Assembly: GCF_032191835.1 (NCBI RefSeq)
Contig: NC_083229.1
Location: 75,454,001 to 75,518,000 of the forward strand
Length of the DNA: 64,000 bases
Origin: Heteronotia binoei
Lineage: Eukaryota
Direction: 5' to 3'
Of this stretch, positions 1 through 11,340 are shown one piece after another; positions within the stretch are counted from its first letter, which is position 1; every line of letters begins with the position of its first letter. Position numbers and translations under genes: made by a program. The notes under the pieces were generated by a model. It ran no database searches. It worked only from the letters and a program-made list of their open reading frames with translations, and was not told where the DNA came from.

Positions 1-95
1 TATTGTCTATTGTGATTTTATTGTTGTGAGCCACCCTGAGCCTGCTTTGGTGGGGAGGGTGGGATAAGAATTGAATATAATAAATAATAAATAAA
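1..95 (+). mobile_element. 3' tail of an L2-type LINE/SINE
   Basis: TTGTGAGCCACCCTGAGCC...GGGAGGGTGGGATAAG followed by an (AATA)n-like tail. Related tails occur in reverse orientation near 4255-4320 and 6115-6200. Confidence 0.5.
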
Positions 96-2038
96 TCTGA
101 GGTCTCTGGGATGTCTTTATAAGATTTCAAACAATTACAGCCATGAGGGGGTGTCATGAAAGCAAGAGGGACTATTTTAAAACAAAGCCAAGTTATGTTG
201 TGGATAGAAACCAACCCTGCTATTTCTCATTTAAATTCATTGTACCACAGAAGGCAGCTAAGTGAGGTTGACACTTGGAAGGGAAACCATCAAGGAAGAC
301 TTCAGATAAAGGCAAACTACCACTGCTTCTCATATGCCTTAAAAGCCTCTTGCTGGGGTAACCATGTGCTTTTTGTTCTGATTCTGCTAATTTTGTTATG
401 AATTCTTACTTTATTTTTATTGATGTTTTATTCTGTCTTGGATTAGACTTTAATTAGCTATCCCAAGAAAATCTAGCAGAGGGATAGGATACAAATGTTT
501 TAAATAGATGTCCACTTTTGGAACTAGAGGAGGTAATTTTCACTGCCATACTAAACACAGTAATACACTTCTAAGCCCTTTGATTTAAAAGGATTTATAA
601 GGGTGTAACTCTTTTTAGGATTGCACTAATAGAACTGCAGCTTCAGAACCTTCAGAGAATTCTAATAAGGAAAAATTCCGAAGCATCTCTAAAGAAGCTA
701 ATAGGTTAGGTGGCATAGACATAGACATGTCTATGTCTTAAATAATTGATTGAGAGATGTATTAGAAATACTCCTATTTCTACTCCTAGTCTCTCTATAT
801 TGATTGAACTGATCACCCTATTTCAAAATTGCTACAGAATAGAAATAAACTATGAGTAAAGTAGGGATCATTAGAACTCCTTGATGAGAAATGGTGGTGC
901 AGTTTATCTGAATGATTGCTTCCCACAATTTGTTCATTCATCTTTATATTGGATTGCATCAAGGATGATTAGATCAAATGATTGCAAAGTTTTCAAAGGG
1001 AATTGATAATTAATAACTTTTGAAAGTATAACTATGTATCTCACCATATTCAAACAGCACAGGGAAGAAAAACACTTTTTCACAAGAAAGAAAAGGGAAA
1101 GAGACACAATATGTATAGATACATTATGCACATATATTAAAATATAGAAACAGAGGTATTTTCTAAGATTAGATTATTAACTACAGTTCAGATTTTCTGT
1201 AGTAACACTGGAAGAGATGGAAAAGTGTGAATATGGAAGAATTGGAAAGACAGTACTTTCAGTAGCAGGTATCATAACTACTAAACCTTCTGTTATGTAA
1301 ATCTACTGTGAGTCAGCAAGGCTACAACCCAGCCCAGTTATGCTTGTGCCTCATTTTATTATGCCTCATTTTTATTATACTAAGTTATTATACTAAGTTA
1401 AATGAATTCCTTTCTGCTGACTAGATATAATATTTATATTGCCCTTGCCACTCAATCCAGCTGAATGCATATACAACTCAAGTTAGATAGCTGGTGGTAG
1501 AGCTAATTGATGGTATAGGAAGGAAGGGAGGGTAATTAAATCTAGGTCCTACCTGCAATAGCTGGTTGATTTTATAACTGGGGCTGTTCACTCACAGTCC
1601 CAAAAGGTACACTGGCCTAGAAACAGGTCTCAGTTTGGGGGGAGCTTTCTGGAGTGCTGTTCCAGAAGCTCTAAAACACCCCTCCCCTCACTCTTCTCTC
1701 ACTGTCAGCGAAGTGTGGACCAGCTGGGCTTTCCTCCTGCTTTTCCAGCCTTGGCTTGTGTGAGAGATGATCAAACAAGGACCACTTTGATTTTTGTCAC
1801 CTTTACCCAGTACCTCAGGAAACCAAAATTAACCTTGTAAGAAATAATAAAGGCACTGATAGTGTTTTTAAAGTTCAAACAAGTAATAGAGAGGACCGGT
1901 GTTTATATAAATCAGTTAGTAGACAGAAAATCAAGTAATACACTCAAGAGCATTTGAGAACACATCTGATGTTGGCAGGCTGATATTAGAAAATATAAAA
2001 ACAACAGTGTTGTCTCAAACTGGAATAACACTCTTGAC

Positions 2039-4252
2039 CAGGGCTTTTTATGTAGCAGGAACTCCTTTGCATATTATGCAGACATCCCTGATTTACAGCA
2101 CAATTCAGAGGGGGAGGGGCGATGGAAAGTCTTTTGGGAGCAGACGAGCCGCTACGTGAGAGCAGGAAGGGTTTGCACGGACGTACGACCAGCGCTGCCA
2201 CAGTGGAGGGGAGCTACGTGGGCAGTGGGGCCGCCTGAGTGCCACTCCATCTGAGGGCAGCGGCACCTGAGGGCTGCACCCAAGCGTGGGCGGAAGTGAG
2301 GCGGAGTGTGGCATCCAGGCGGAGGAGGGAGTGGAGTTGAGGGCACGGCCAGGCTTAGGTGGCTTCCTGAGCAGTTTGGCCCATGACACAACCCCCCGAG
2401 AGGCACAACGTTACACCTGCAAAAACAGCAGCATGTCCCATAGGCACTTGTTGAAACCAAAAACAAAGGTCGCCTCTGCCACTGCAGAAGCTCGCAAACC
2501 TCTTAGGGAGCAGCATGATTGCCTTGCCAATCCCCTCGAGCCACGGGCTGACAAGCCTCCTCCCCAGAACCCAATTGCGGTCTCCCCCCTCCTAGAAATA
2601 CTTCTGCTTTGGCCTCACACAACTCAGTTGTTAGGAAGAGGAACGTGTGGCAGGAAGTTCTGCCAGCGAGCTCCTGGCCATACAGAGTGAGGGACAGGCA
2701 GGCACATTGGTGACAGGTTTTGCACTGCACAGTTGCTTTGACAATATCTTTGATTTGCGAGGGGGAAAGAGAGGTCTCTCCCCTGGGGCTAACTGCTCTT
2801 GTTTCCAGGTCTCCACAGGTTCCGGGCTCCCGGAGGCTCTGCATGCAAGCGAGGACTGTTGCCCATGGCTGGGTAAGCTCCACTGTCCCTCATTGTCCAG
2901 TTTGACTGGAAGTTTGGAGCTGAGAACAGACTGAAGAGGAGTTCAGTTCAGTTCCTGAGACAGAGCTGGTTTATTTTGAGCTCTTGTGTGGTTGAGAGTT
3001 TAATTGTGAGAAGAGGCTAACTGTAGCTTCTTTCTGGGAAAGGCTGTGGCACAATGTGTCACAAGGCAGAGGGAGACTGAAAGACTCTGCTGAGGCAGAC
3101 TCCTGGTTTTAATATAGAACACCAAAATACACACACTGTGAGAGAGACAGAAGGGTCTAGTGGCTGTGTGAAAATTCCAAAGGCAGACAAGGATCGTAGC
3201 TGGGAGGGGACTTAACACAAGTGGATGAGGTGCTAGTGAGAAGAGCCCTCAAGGGTGTTATTGTCCTGGATATTGCTAGGGGAAAAGGGTCTGTGAGGGG
3301 AAATTCTGTCAAAAGCTCAGACAGCCCTCTGTATGAGTGAGATAGTGTGTGTGGAGATATATTTTGAGAAGCCAACTACATTTAAAAGTCTTTCTCTAGT
3401 CAAGAGCAGGGCTTTTTTGTAGCAGGAACTCCTTTGCATATTAATCTTTAAAGCCCTATATGGTCGAGCACCTATCTATGGGATCACCATTTCCCATATG
3501 TTCCCCAGAGAGCACTGCATTCAGGAGCACAAAATCTGCTATCCATCCATGGACCAAGGGAGGCCAGACTGAGCTCTACATGAGCCAGGGTCTTCTATGA
3601 CAGCGAACTCCTGCACTTGGTACTTCCTGCTTGTCTGCCTGCCATTGGCAGAGTCTCTGACAGCGGGAAGGTGTGAGGGGATTGACAGCTTCTCCGTGGT
3701 TTCATGACGGCCTGTCTTGCCCCCACCCCTGCCTCGCCACCAAGCCAGACTTCTCATGCACACATGCCCAGCCTCACTCCTGTCCCCTCCCTGTGTTGGT
3801 GGGATGTCTCTCCTTTGCCTTTGATTGTCTGCTCATCATTGGCTCCGTTCTCTGTTTGGGGGTGGGTTGGGGATGGCTATCAGCCTCTCTGGGGCTGCCT
3901 CTCCCCATCCCTGACTGTCATGAGCCGCGGTACATGTGCCAGAACTGGCCAATGGGAGATGGGCTGGCCCTCCCCGCCGGCTGCCTTCACCTCCCTTTCA
4001 TGTCTATGCCAACGGCATTGCCATGGCAACCATCTCCCTCATGGCAAACTATGCCTTTCTCCTCCCCACACTCCAGCGTGCCAAAGTCCTCAGGAAGTCT
4101 ACTAGTGGTGCGGCAGCTATGCCACAGCCGGCCGCCACTTATGTCTGGATTCGGATGCCCGCCTATCTTCCTGGAGTTTACTGTAGGGCCCTGTACTAAA
4201 AACCTGGTAGGCTCTTGAAGGATTGGCTACATCAGGAATGTGTGGCCTAATA
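2039..4252. mobile_element. Fragments of the CAGGGCTTTTTT-ended hAT MITE family (left ends at 2039 and 3407, right-end piece ~4205-4252)
   Basis: CAGGGCTTTTT(A/T)TGTAGCAGGAACTCCTTTGCATATTA at 2039 and 3407. GGATTGGCTACATCAGGAATGTGTGGCCTAATA near 4220. Same termini as the complete copy at 38675-38841. Confidence 0.6.
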
Positions 4253-4880
4253 TTTATTTATTTATTTTACTTTAGATTTTTATCCTGCCCTTTCTGCAAG
4301 CAGACTCAGGGTGGCTAACAATCATTTTAAAACAACAATATCAGATTACAATTTTAAAAACAATAAAACTTAAACAGTTAAATAATTAAAACTACATAAT
4401 TGATGCTACACAGAAAAAAAATTATACAGACGGATCACAGCTTTCATTCTTCAGTATTCTAATTATATTGATATTGTAATTTCTTCTGTTTTCTGATGGT
4501 GGTCCTTCTGGTGGTCTTAGTTCCTCATAACTGGTATTGCGCAGCAGCTTAAAGGTGGCAGCACTCTCCCATTTAGATATTGTAGGCTAGTCAGAAGTTC
4601 AGTTTTACAGGCCCTGTGGAATTGGAAGAGATCCCACAGGGCCCTAATGATCTTTGGGAGGGCGTTCCACATCATTAACCAGACTCAAATTTTGTTCTAT
4701 TACTTCAGACCAGCACTGCTACCCACCCAAATCTGTTTCTGTCCCAGAACACTCAAACTCCTCACAAAGACTGTAATTCCAAGCTGGGGCTGTCATTCCA
4801 GTCCTCGAATGCTCATACTACAGGGACTGTCATTCTACTCAGGGGGCCATCATTCCTGGCTCAGAACACTGCTTTGAGTC
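4253..4880 (-). mobile_element. 5'-truncated L2-type LINE 3' end
   Basis: (TTTA)n tail at the left, and sequence similar to the 6110-6660 copy. Confidence 0.6.
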
Positions 4881-6109
4881 CTGCGGACCATCATTCCACT
4901 ATGTGTGTGTGCAGGCTCCCTGGTGCCCTAGGCAAAGCTAATTTCTGCCGCCCCCCCACCCCCACTGATAACAATTTTTAAAAACTTGAAATTGCTCTAA
5001 CAAGTATTTGGACGGAAGACCTCCTTGGAATAACAAAGTTGGGAGGGCAGGTGTGTGTGTGAAAATTAAAACAAACTATAGGAAGGTCACCTGAAGCAAT
5101 GGGAAGCAGAACTACCTTCAGTTCTCTTATTCAGTGGGTTTACTCCCAGGATATAGGCCCACCAACCTCCACCCAGAATTACAACTGTTCTCTGGACTAC
5201 AGAGATAATTTCCTCTGTATGGAATGGCTTTTTTTTGGGGGGGGAGGGGGGTGGACTTTGCATGCCACTGAGCTCTCTGCCCTCCTCAGGATCCACCCCA
5301 AATACCCAGGAATTTACCAGACAGTGTTGTCAGAGTTGTTATGAATTGAAGCCCATATATCACAGTTCTGCTACCCAAATACAAAGATAGCTGTATTGAA
5401 AGCATATTGCCAGCCTTTCCCCCCCAACACACATGCATGCACACAAGTCCTGTTCACAAGTTACAGTGAACACACATACTGTCTTGTTATTTAAATATGC
5501 ATTGAGTCATTCTCTTGGTATGAAGTCCTGAAACCAGCATTGTAGAGCTGGAACTGAATAAATGGCTTGCTAGAGAGACCGAGGAAGGAAGTGGTGGGGA
5601 GGGCTTAAAGGAGGAAACATTCTTTCCCTGTGGGGGGGGGGAGTGGGTTTTACCTTGTGAATTACAAAGAAGAACATGAAGAGCTCTTTTAACTGGAGGG
5701 GGAGGCTGGGGACTACTTCTGCCACCTGCCCTGCACTCCAGGATGCTGCAGAGGCTGGGGAGCTGGTTGGGGCCCCCATGTTAGGGGGCCTCACCCAGAG
5801 TTTGGGGGGCTCTTCCCCCATAGGCCCCCTCGTAGCTATGGGGCTGGGAAAACTGCTAATTTCTTTGCAGGCCCAAGCCAGAGGAAGATCTGCAGCATGT
5901 GAAGAAGAAGCAGCCCTCCATTTGTTTAACATTTGGGACCTTCTTATCTTTCTTCTTTGTGCCAATGGAAGCTGTTGCTAAAAATGCCTTTGTTGTGAGT
6001 GCCGACCCTGAGGGGGCACGGAAGATCCTGGCTCATCAGATGCTGATATATTATCATTCAGTTTTATCATTAATTGTACAGTTGTTGATGTTATAATAAA
6101 TGTTTGTTA

Positions 6110-6660
6110 TTTATATATTTTATTTATTTACTTTAAATTTCTATCCCGCCCTCTCCTCAAGCGGAGGCTATCCCACTCTCTCCGCAAGGGTGGCTAACAA
6201 CATTCATATTTACAAGTTAAAACTAATACAACATATTTACAATTTAAAACCATTTCGTAGTGCTGTACCACTGCAATATAAGCAGATTCTTCTTTTCTGA
6301 TGGTGATCACATAGTAACTCTGTAATGATGTGGGGTGGCAGTTCTCTCCTGGCTAGGATCAAAGGCCTGTTGGAACAATTTGGTCTTACAGGCCCTGCAG
6401 AAAGTAGAAAGATCCCGTGGGGCCTTTATGGCCTCCGGAAGAGCATTCCACAGTTCTGGTGCTGCCACCGAGAAGGCCCTAGCCTGTGTCAAGCACAATC
6501 TAGCCTCCTTTGGTCCAGAGATGGACAGTAGATATTTTGTCCGTAAACACAGTGCACTCTGAGGAACATGTGGAGAAAGGCGGTCCCACAGATAGACAAG
6601 CCCCTGACCATAGAGGGCTTTAAAGGTTATATTGAAACCATTTAGCATCTTGAATTGAAT
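6110..6660 (-). mobile_element. 5'-truncated L2-type LINE 3' end (ORF2 C-terminus and tail)
   Basis: ORF 6307-6648 ITFKALYG...RAFSVAAPELWNALP...FCRACKTKLFQQAF is a typical L2/CR1-clade ORF2 C-terminus. A (TTTA)n tail lies at the left. Confidence 0.75.
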
Positions 6661-8222
6661 GGAAGCATTTTTTTTTTAGGCTTGCCAGCTCTGAATTGGG
6701 AAATACCTGGAGCTTTTTGGGGTGGAGCCTGAGTGGTGGGCATTGCCTTCTGATGCACTTCTGGTTATGTCTGGGGTGTGACATAAGCAAATGAGTTATG
6801 CTAATAAGCTCCGACATCTCTTTTTCTACCAAAGACCTCTTACAATTACTATAGCTAAAGTCTGAAAAAGATAGATTAATGCCATTGTATAGACAAAATT
6901 AGTTACAAAGGACCCTGAGCAATTGATTGGAATTATATTTCCTGATAGGTTATCAGTTATTCCTTCACCATTTTGCCACAAGATGAAGACAAACAAATGA
7001 ATAAATGATCTTTGTATGAAACATTTCTGTATTTCAGCCCTACAATGATAGCACTTCCTTGAAAGCATTTTATTGGAAAACTGACTGAAGCCAAATATTT
7101 CAGATGAAAAACAAAGATTGCATTTTATGAAGACAATATAAAAACCTTCACTTTGTACTAATCAAAATCTGATGGATTTAAAACAACATCAAATTATAAT
7201 ACAGTGAAAAGGAAAGGGAAATTTCTGTACATTTTCCCCATTGATAGTAATGTCTCCTTATGTGTAAATTGCATCAGTTACTTGGGAGGATCTTAGAAGG
7301 AATCATATATTACCATGGGATGATCACTAGCAGTTAATACCCAATGAGAAAAAATGAGCCAACACTCTTAGACATAAAAGTAACAAAGAAAACATAGCTA
7401 GAGTTTCAAGTGTGTTTTTAATCTCTGAACCATGAACAACAGGAAAAAATGTGTGCATGCTTGTAGTTTCTTCAAACAATTATAAAAAGAATAGTGAAGC
7501 TAAAATTTCCCTTAACAAAGGTCTCAGGATAACATTGCGGTTGTAGCTCAGAGGACAAGATTTAGAAAAAGGTTAAATGAAATCTTTTCAAAAGGTGAAA
7601 ATAAATACATAAGTGAGGTTTCAAGCATTTGTATTACTGATTTCTTTTTCATAAATTCTTTGGATTGGGGTCATAGCATTAGATACAAATATTCAATTTT
7701 GGCATATTTATTTTCTTGTTTTTCTAAAGTCCTCTTACATGTAATACAGAGAGAATCAATTTCTCTCACTGTAAAAGCATAGACATTTATCCATTTTGCA
7801 GCTAGCACAACATAGTACATATTGCCCCCCCAGTCGGAAGAACGAGACAACTCGGTATATGGTGTAAAACAGGGCAACTTTATTGAACCAACAGCCTGGG
7901 GCAACCTAAACTAACCGGGGAGGCGAAGGGAACTCCTAAACCCTTCCCTGACCCGATGGGGCGAGCCACCCAGCCCCCAGCAGTAGCCGGGTAAACTAGC
8001 TGCTGCCAGGCCGGAATGGTCGGGTGTAACCTCCAAATGGCGCAGCCGCCCTCCGATGGACGGCTCGCCAACGAGGTAACCCTGTAGCGAGAAAGACAGC
8101 AGAGGGCCGTTTAAACCCAGCTGCCGTCCATCCCCCGCTACTTCCCTTAACGGGGAAAACCATGGGTGGTCACCAAAACAAACCTGCCTTAAAATCCCGC
8201 CACCACCATGCCAAGCCTCAGC

Positions 8223-8824
8223 TTAGGCACTTGGGCCCACAGGGAGGCCTAAAGCCAGCCGGAGCCCCAGGTGTATGTCCAACAAAAACGCCCTGTTGCC
8301 CGCAGCGGACAGGTGGACACCGTCTGGTCGATACAGGTCCACCTTATAAGACCTAATGACCGGGTGAGGAAGGTAGACACCAAGGCCCCCAGCGAGCGCC
8401 CTCCGCATCGCCCTGTTAGCCTTGCGTCGAGCCCTCTCGACCCCGGCAGGGTTTAATGCCGACCTCCACACCCGTCGCGGAAGGATGGCGGACCACAAAA
8501 TCAACACATCAGGCCACCTGCTCCGCAACACCCGGAGGTCTTCGATCGCCTGACGTGACAGGGCCCTCCCCTGCACCAGGCCCAGATCGTTACCCCCGAG
8601 GTGAATCACCAATATCCGGGGCGGAGGGCCGTCCCTCTCCCGGAACAGCAGCGGCAGGAGGCCGTCCCAACGCAGGCCCCGGCGCCCCTGCCATTCCACT
8701 ACTGCCCGCTCGCTGAGGCCCAGCTGCGAACCGAAGGGCGATCGTCGAGCGAAATGGGCAGCCCAAAATATCATGCTGTGGCCGGCGATCAAGATCCTTG
8801 TCCTCTCGCCCCGCGCCACAGCAC
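8223..8824 (-). CDS. SGNH/GDSL-family hydrolase (esterase) of the YR retrotransposon; open frame, probably a spliced exon
   Basis: Block I ILIAGHS, block II GRRG, block III VIHLGGNDL, block V DGVHLS, with no stops. Preceded by a polypyrimidine tract and CAG ending at 8825. Confidence 0.85.
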
Positions 8825-9868
8825 CTGAAACAAAGAAACACAAAAACATGGTGAGAATAACAACCAACCCCTCAATGGGTGATGGGCCGTGGACCTCCAC
8901 CGTCCTACCTTCTGGATGGCAGGTCCCGGATACCCCATGGCTGCAGCCGTCGATGCGGCCCCAATGCGAAAAGAGTGAGTCCCAAACTGGACCCCGCCCA
9001 AGCCAAGCTTGACCAAAGCCCGGCTGGTTATGGACCAGAACTGAAATTTGGTCAATGGCGACCCATCGATGTGACGAAATAAAGGACCAACGTCGTCACC
9101 TCGAACAGCAATGTATTCTTTCAAGGCGACCACCGGGCAGATATCAATATCGTCACACAAACCCAGGGTGATGCTCACCCCGCGCTGTCTCTGGTCAGTC
9201 TTAGACTTACGTATTGATATGACCACGGAGTCTCCCCGAATACTTACATCGCCCGACTGAAGGGCCCGCTGGGACCGATCCTGCCGAGAGCTGACCACCA
9301 GCTCACTCACTCTGAGCGCTCCAAAAAATGCAATAATTGACGCTGCCTGAAAAAGCGCCGACTCGAAACTGGAAGAACAAACTGAAGGCCAAACTGCCCT
9401 GAGCCCCTTCAACACAACGGGGGAAAAGGGTTGCCTCGTATCGGGTCGCGGGCCTTGCTCACGCGCCCAGCCCTCAAGCATTTTGCGCAGTCTGAAATCA
9501 TCAGACCTGTCAGGTAAACCCTTGATTTTTGCATGAAAAGCAAGGGCTGCCAACTTGGACCTAATCGTCTTAACGACCAGCCCCTTACCTTTCAGGTGCA
9601 CACAAAACTGCATGAGGTGGGCCACCGGGACGGGCCACCGGTTAGACAACCCCGCCTGCTCCCTGAAGGACTGGAACTGGTACACCGAATGATCGTAGGC
9701 CTTCCGGGTAGAAGGCGCCAGCGCTAACTTCATTGCTCGGTCGGCCTTGAGTCTCCAAGCCACCACATCTCTGGGGGCATCCGCGCCGGCTGGAGATCGG
9801 CCTCTGGTGCAAGAAGGCGGAAACGCTCCATCTGTCGACGAGACAGAGCGTCCGCAACTCCATTGCAT
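8789..9868 (-). pseudogene. Tyrosine recombinase (lambda-integrase fold), open frame but lacking the catalytic Tyr
   Basis: FFGALRVSEL (R186), RKSKTDQ (K223), HSFRIGAA (H298/R301), GRW (W324). The expected YxxYxRP after GRWRSTA is absent. Confidence 0.85.
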
Positions 9869-11340
9869 ACACCGGGCACATGTTTAGCAAGAAACAAAAC
9901 ATTTAACCGTAAACAACTTAACACGAACGCCCGAACCAGGCGCATAACTGGAACCGACTTGGACGACAATGTATTAATAACGTGGACCACCGCCAAATTG
10001 TCACACCAAAAGTGGACAACCTGGTTGGCCAAATCAGAACCCCATAACTGAAGTGCAACTACTATAGGAAAAAATTCCAAAAAGGTTAAATTCCGGCAGA
10101 GGTCACTGGAAAGCCACTCGTCAGGCCATTCTTCAGCGCACCAATGCCCCCAGAAATAAACGCCGAAGCCGACGGACCCAGAGGCGTCTGATATGACTTG
10201 AAGCTCAGCCTCGAGCTTCAACTCCTCGCGCCAAAAGGACACCCCGTTAAAGTTGACCAAGAAACGTTCCCAAACCCGCAAATCCTGTCGCATGCCTTGA
10301 GTGATCCTAACTCGGTGGTGGGGGCGCCGCAAGCCAGACATGGCGTCGCACAAACGCCGTAAAAACGCTCTACCAGGAGCCACCACTTTACAGGCGAAGT
10401 TGAGGTGGCCCACCAGTGACTGAAGCTCGAGGAGCGACAACTTGCGCTGACCCAATGCCGTCGACAACATCTGCCGCAACCGGTCAATTTTTTCAGCCGG
10501 CAACCTGGAAGCCTGCTGAACAGAATCTAACTCAATGCCTAAAAACGTCAACATAGAGGCTGGGCCTTCAGTCTTCTCATGGGCCAGCGGCACTCCCAAC
10601 TCAGACGCTAAACCCAGGAAGGACTGGAGCAAGTGGGCACACTGGCCCGTCCCGCGACGGCCCACAAATAAAAAATCGTCAAGGTAATGGGCCGTGGAGG
10701 TGGAACCGGACCGCTCCCGCACCGCCCACTCGAGGAAAGTGCTAAAACGCTCAAAAGCCGAGCATGAGATGGCACATCCCATCGGTAGGGCTCGGTCCAT
10801 ATAAAACTTCCCTTCAAATGTGAATCCCAGGAGTTCGAAATCATGCGGGTGGACCGGCAACAGGCGAAATGCTGACTTAATGTCGCACTTCGCCATCTCC
10901 GCTCCCGGCCCACAGCTCCGCACGATCCTGACGGCCTGATCGAATGAGGTGTATCTCACAGTACAGAGAGAATCAGGAATGGCATCGTTCACTGACCCCC
11001 CTTTCGGATAGGAAAGGTGGTGAATCAACCGGAACTCCCCAGGGGCCTTCTTAGGCACCACCCCCAACGGGGATACCCTTAAATTGGGAACTGGGGGAGC
11101 GTCGAAAGGGCCTAGAACTCAGCCCTCCTTGCATTCCTTCATGATTTTCTCACGAACAACCTCCTCCATTCCTTTAACAGAATGTAAGTTCTTGGCCATG
11201 CAGGGGCCCCTGGGACCTTGAAAGGGAATACGAAAACCACGGCAGAAACCTTCCAACAAATAAACTCGATCACGGGGGCGCGGATAGGACACTAACAACC
11301 TCCTAAGAACCGTCACCTTGATGGGGCTGGGACCCTTTTC
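9730..11340 (-). pseudogene. Reverse transcriptase + RNase H (DIRS-type) with one in-frame nonsense codon at 11119-11121
   Basis: SPLGVVPKKAPGEFRLIHHLS, KCDIKSAFR, LPMG, YLDD, SDAS, LEFFP, CDN, ADALSR. The upstream part (SPIK...GFRIPF) is in the same frame, separated by TGA where copy 2 has Arg (EGRVLGPF). This fits CGA>TGA CpG decay. Confidence 0.9.

Noticed and set aside
3673-4218. Overlapping ORFs (181, 133 and 87 aa) suggesting a retrocopy or captured exon
   Set aside because: No recognisable protein family; the region lies among MITE fragments.
5570-5981. ORFs of 131 aa (-) and 101 aa (+)
   Set aside because: No motif support; possibly a decayed TE but unassignable.
8101-8111. AGAGGGCCGTT shared with 13499-13509 as a possible split direct repeat
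   Set aside because: Only 11 bp, plausible by chance in GC-rich DNA, and not seen in copy 2.
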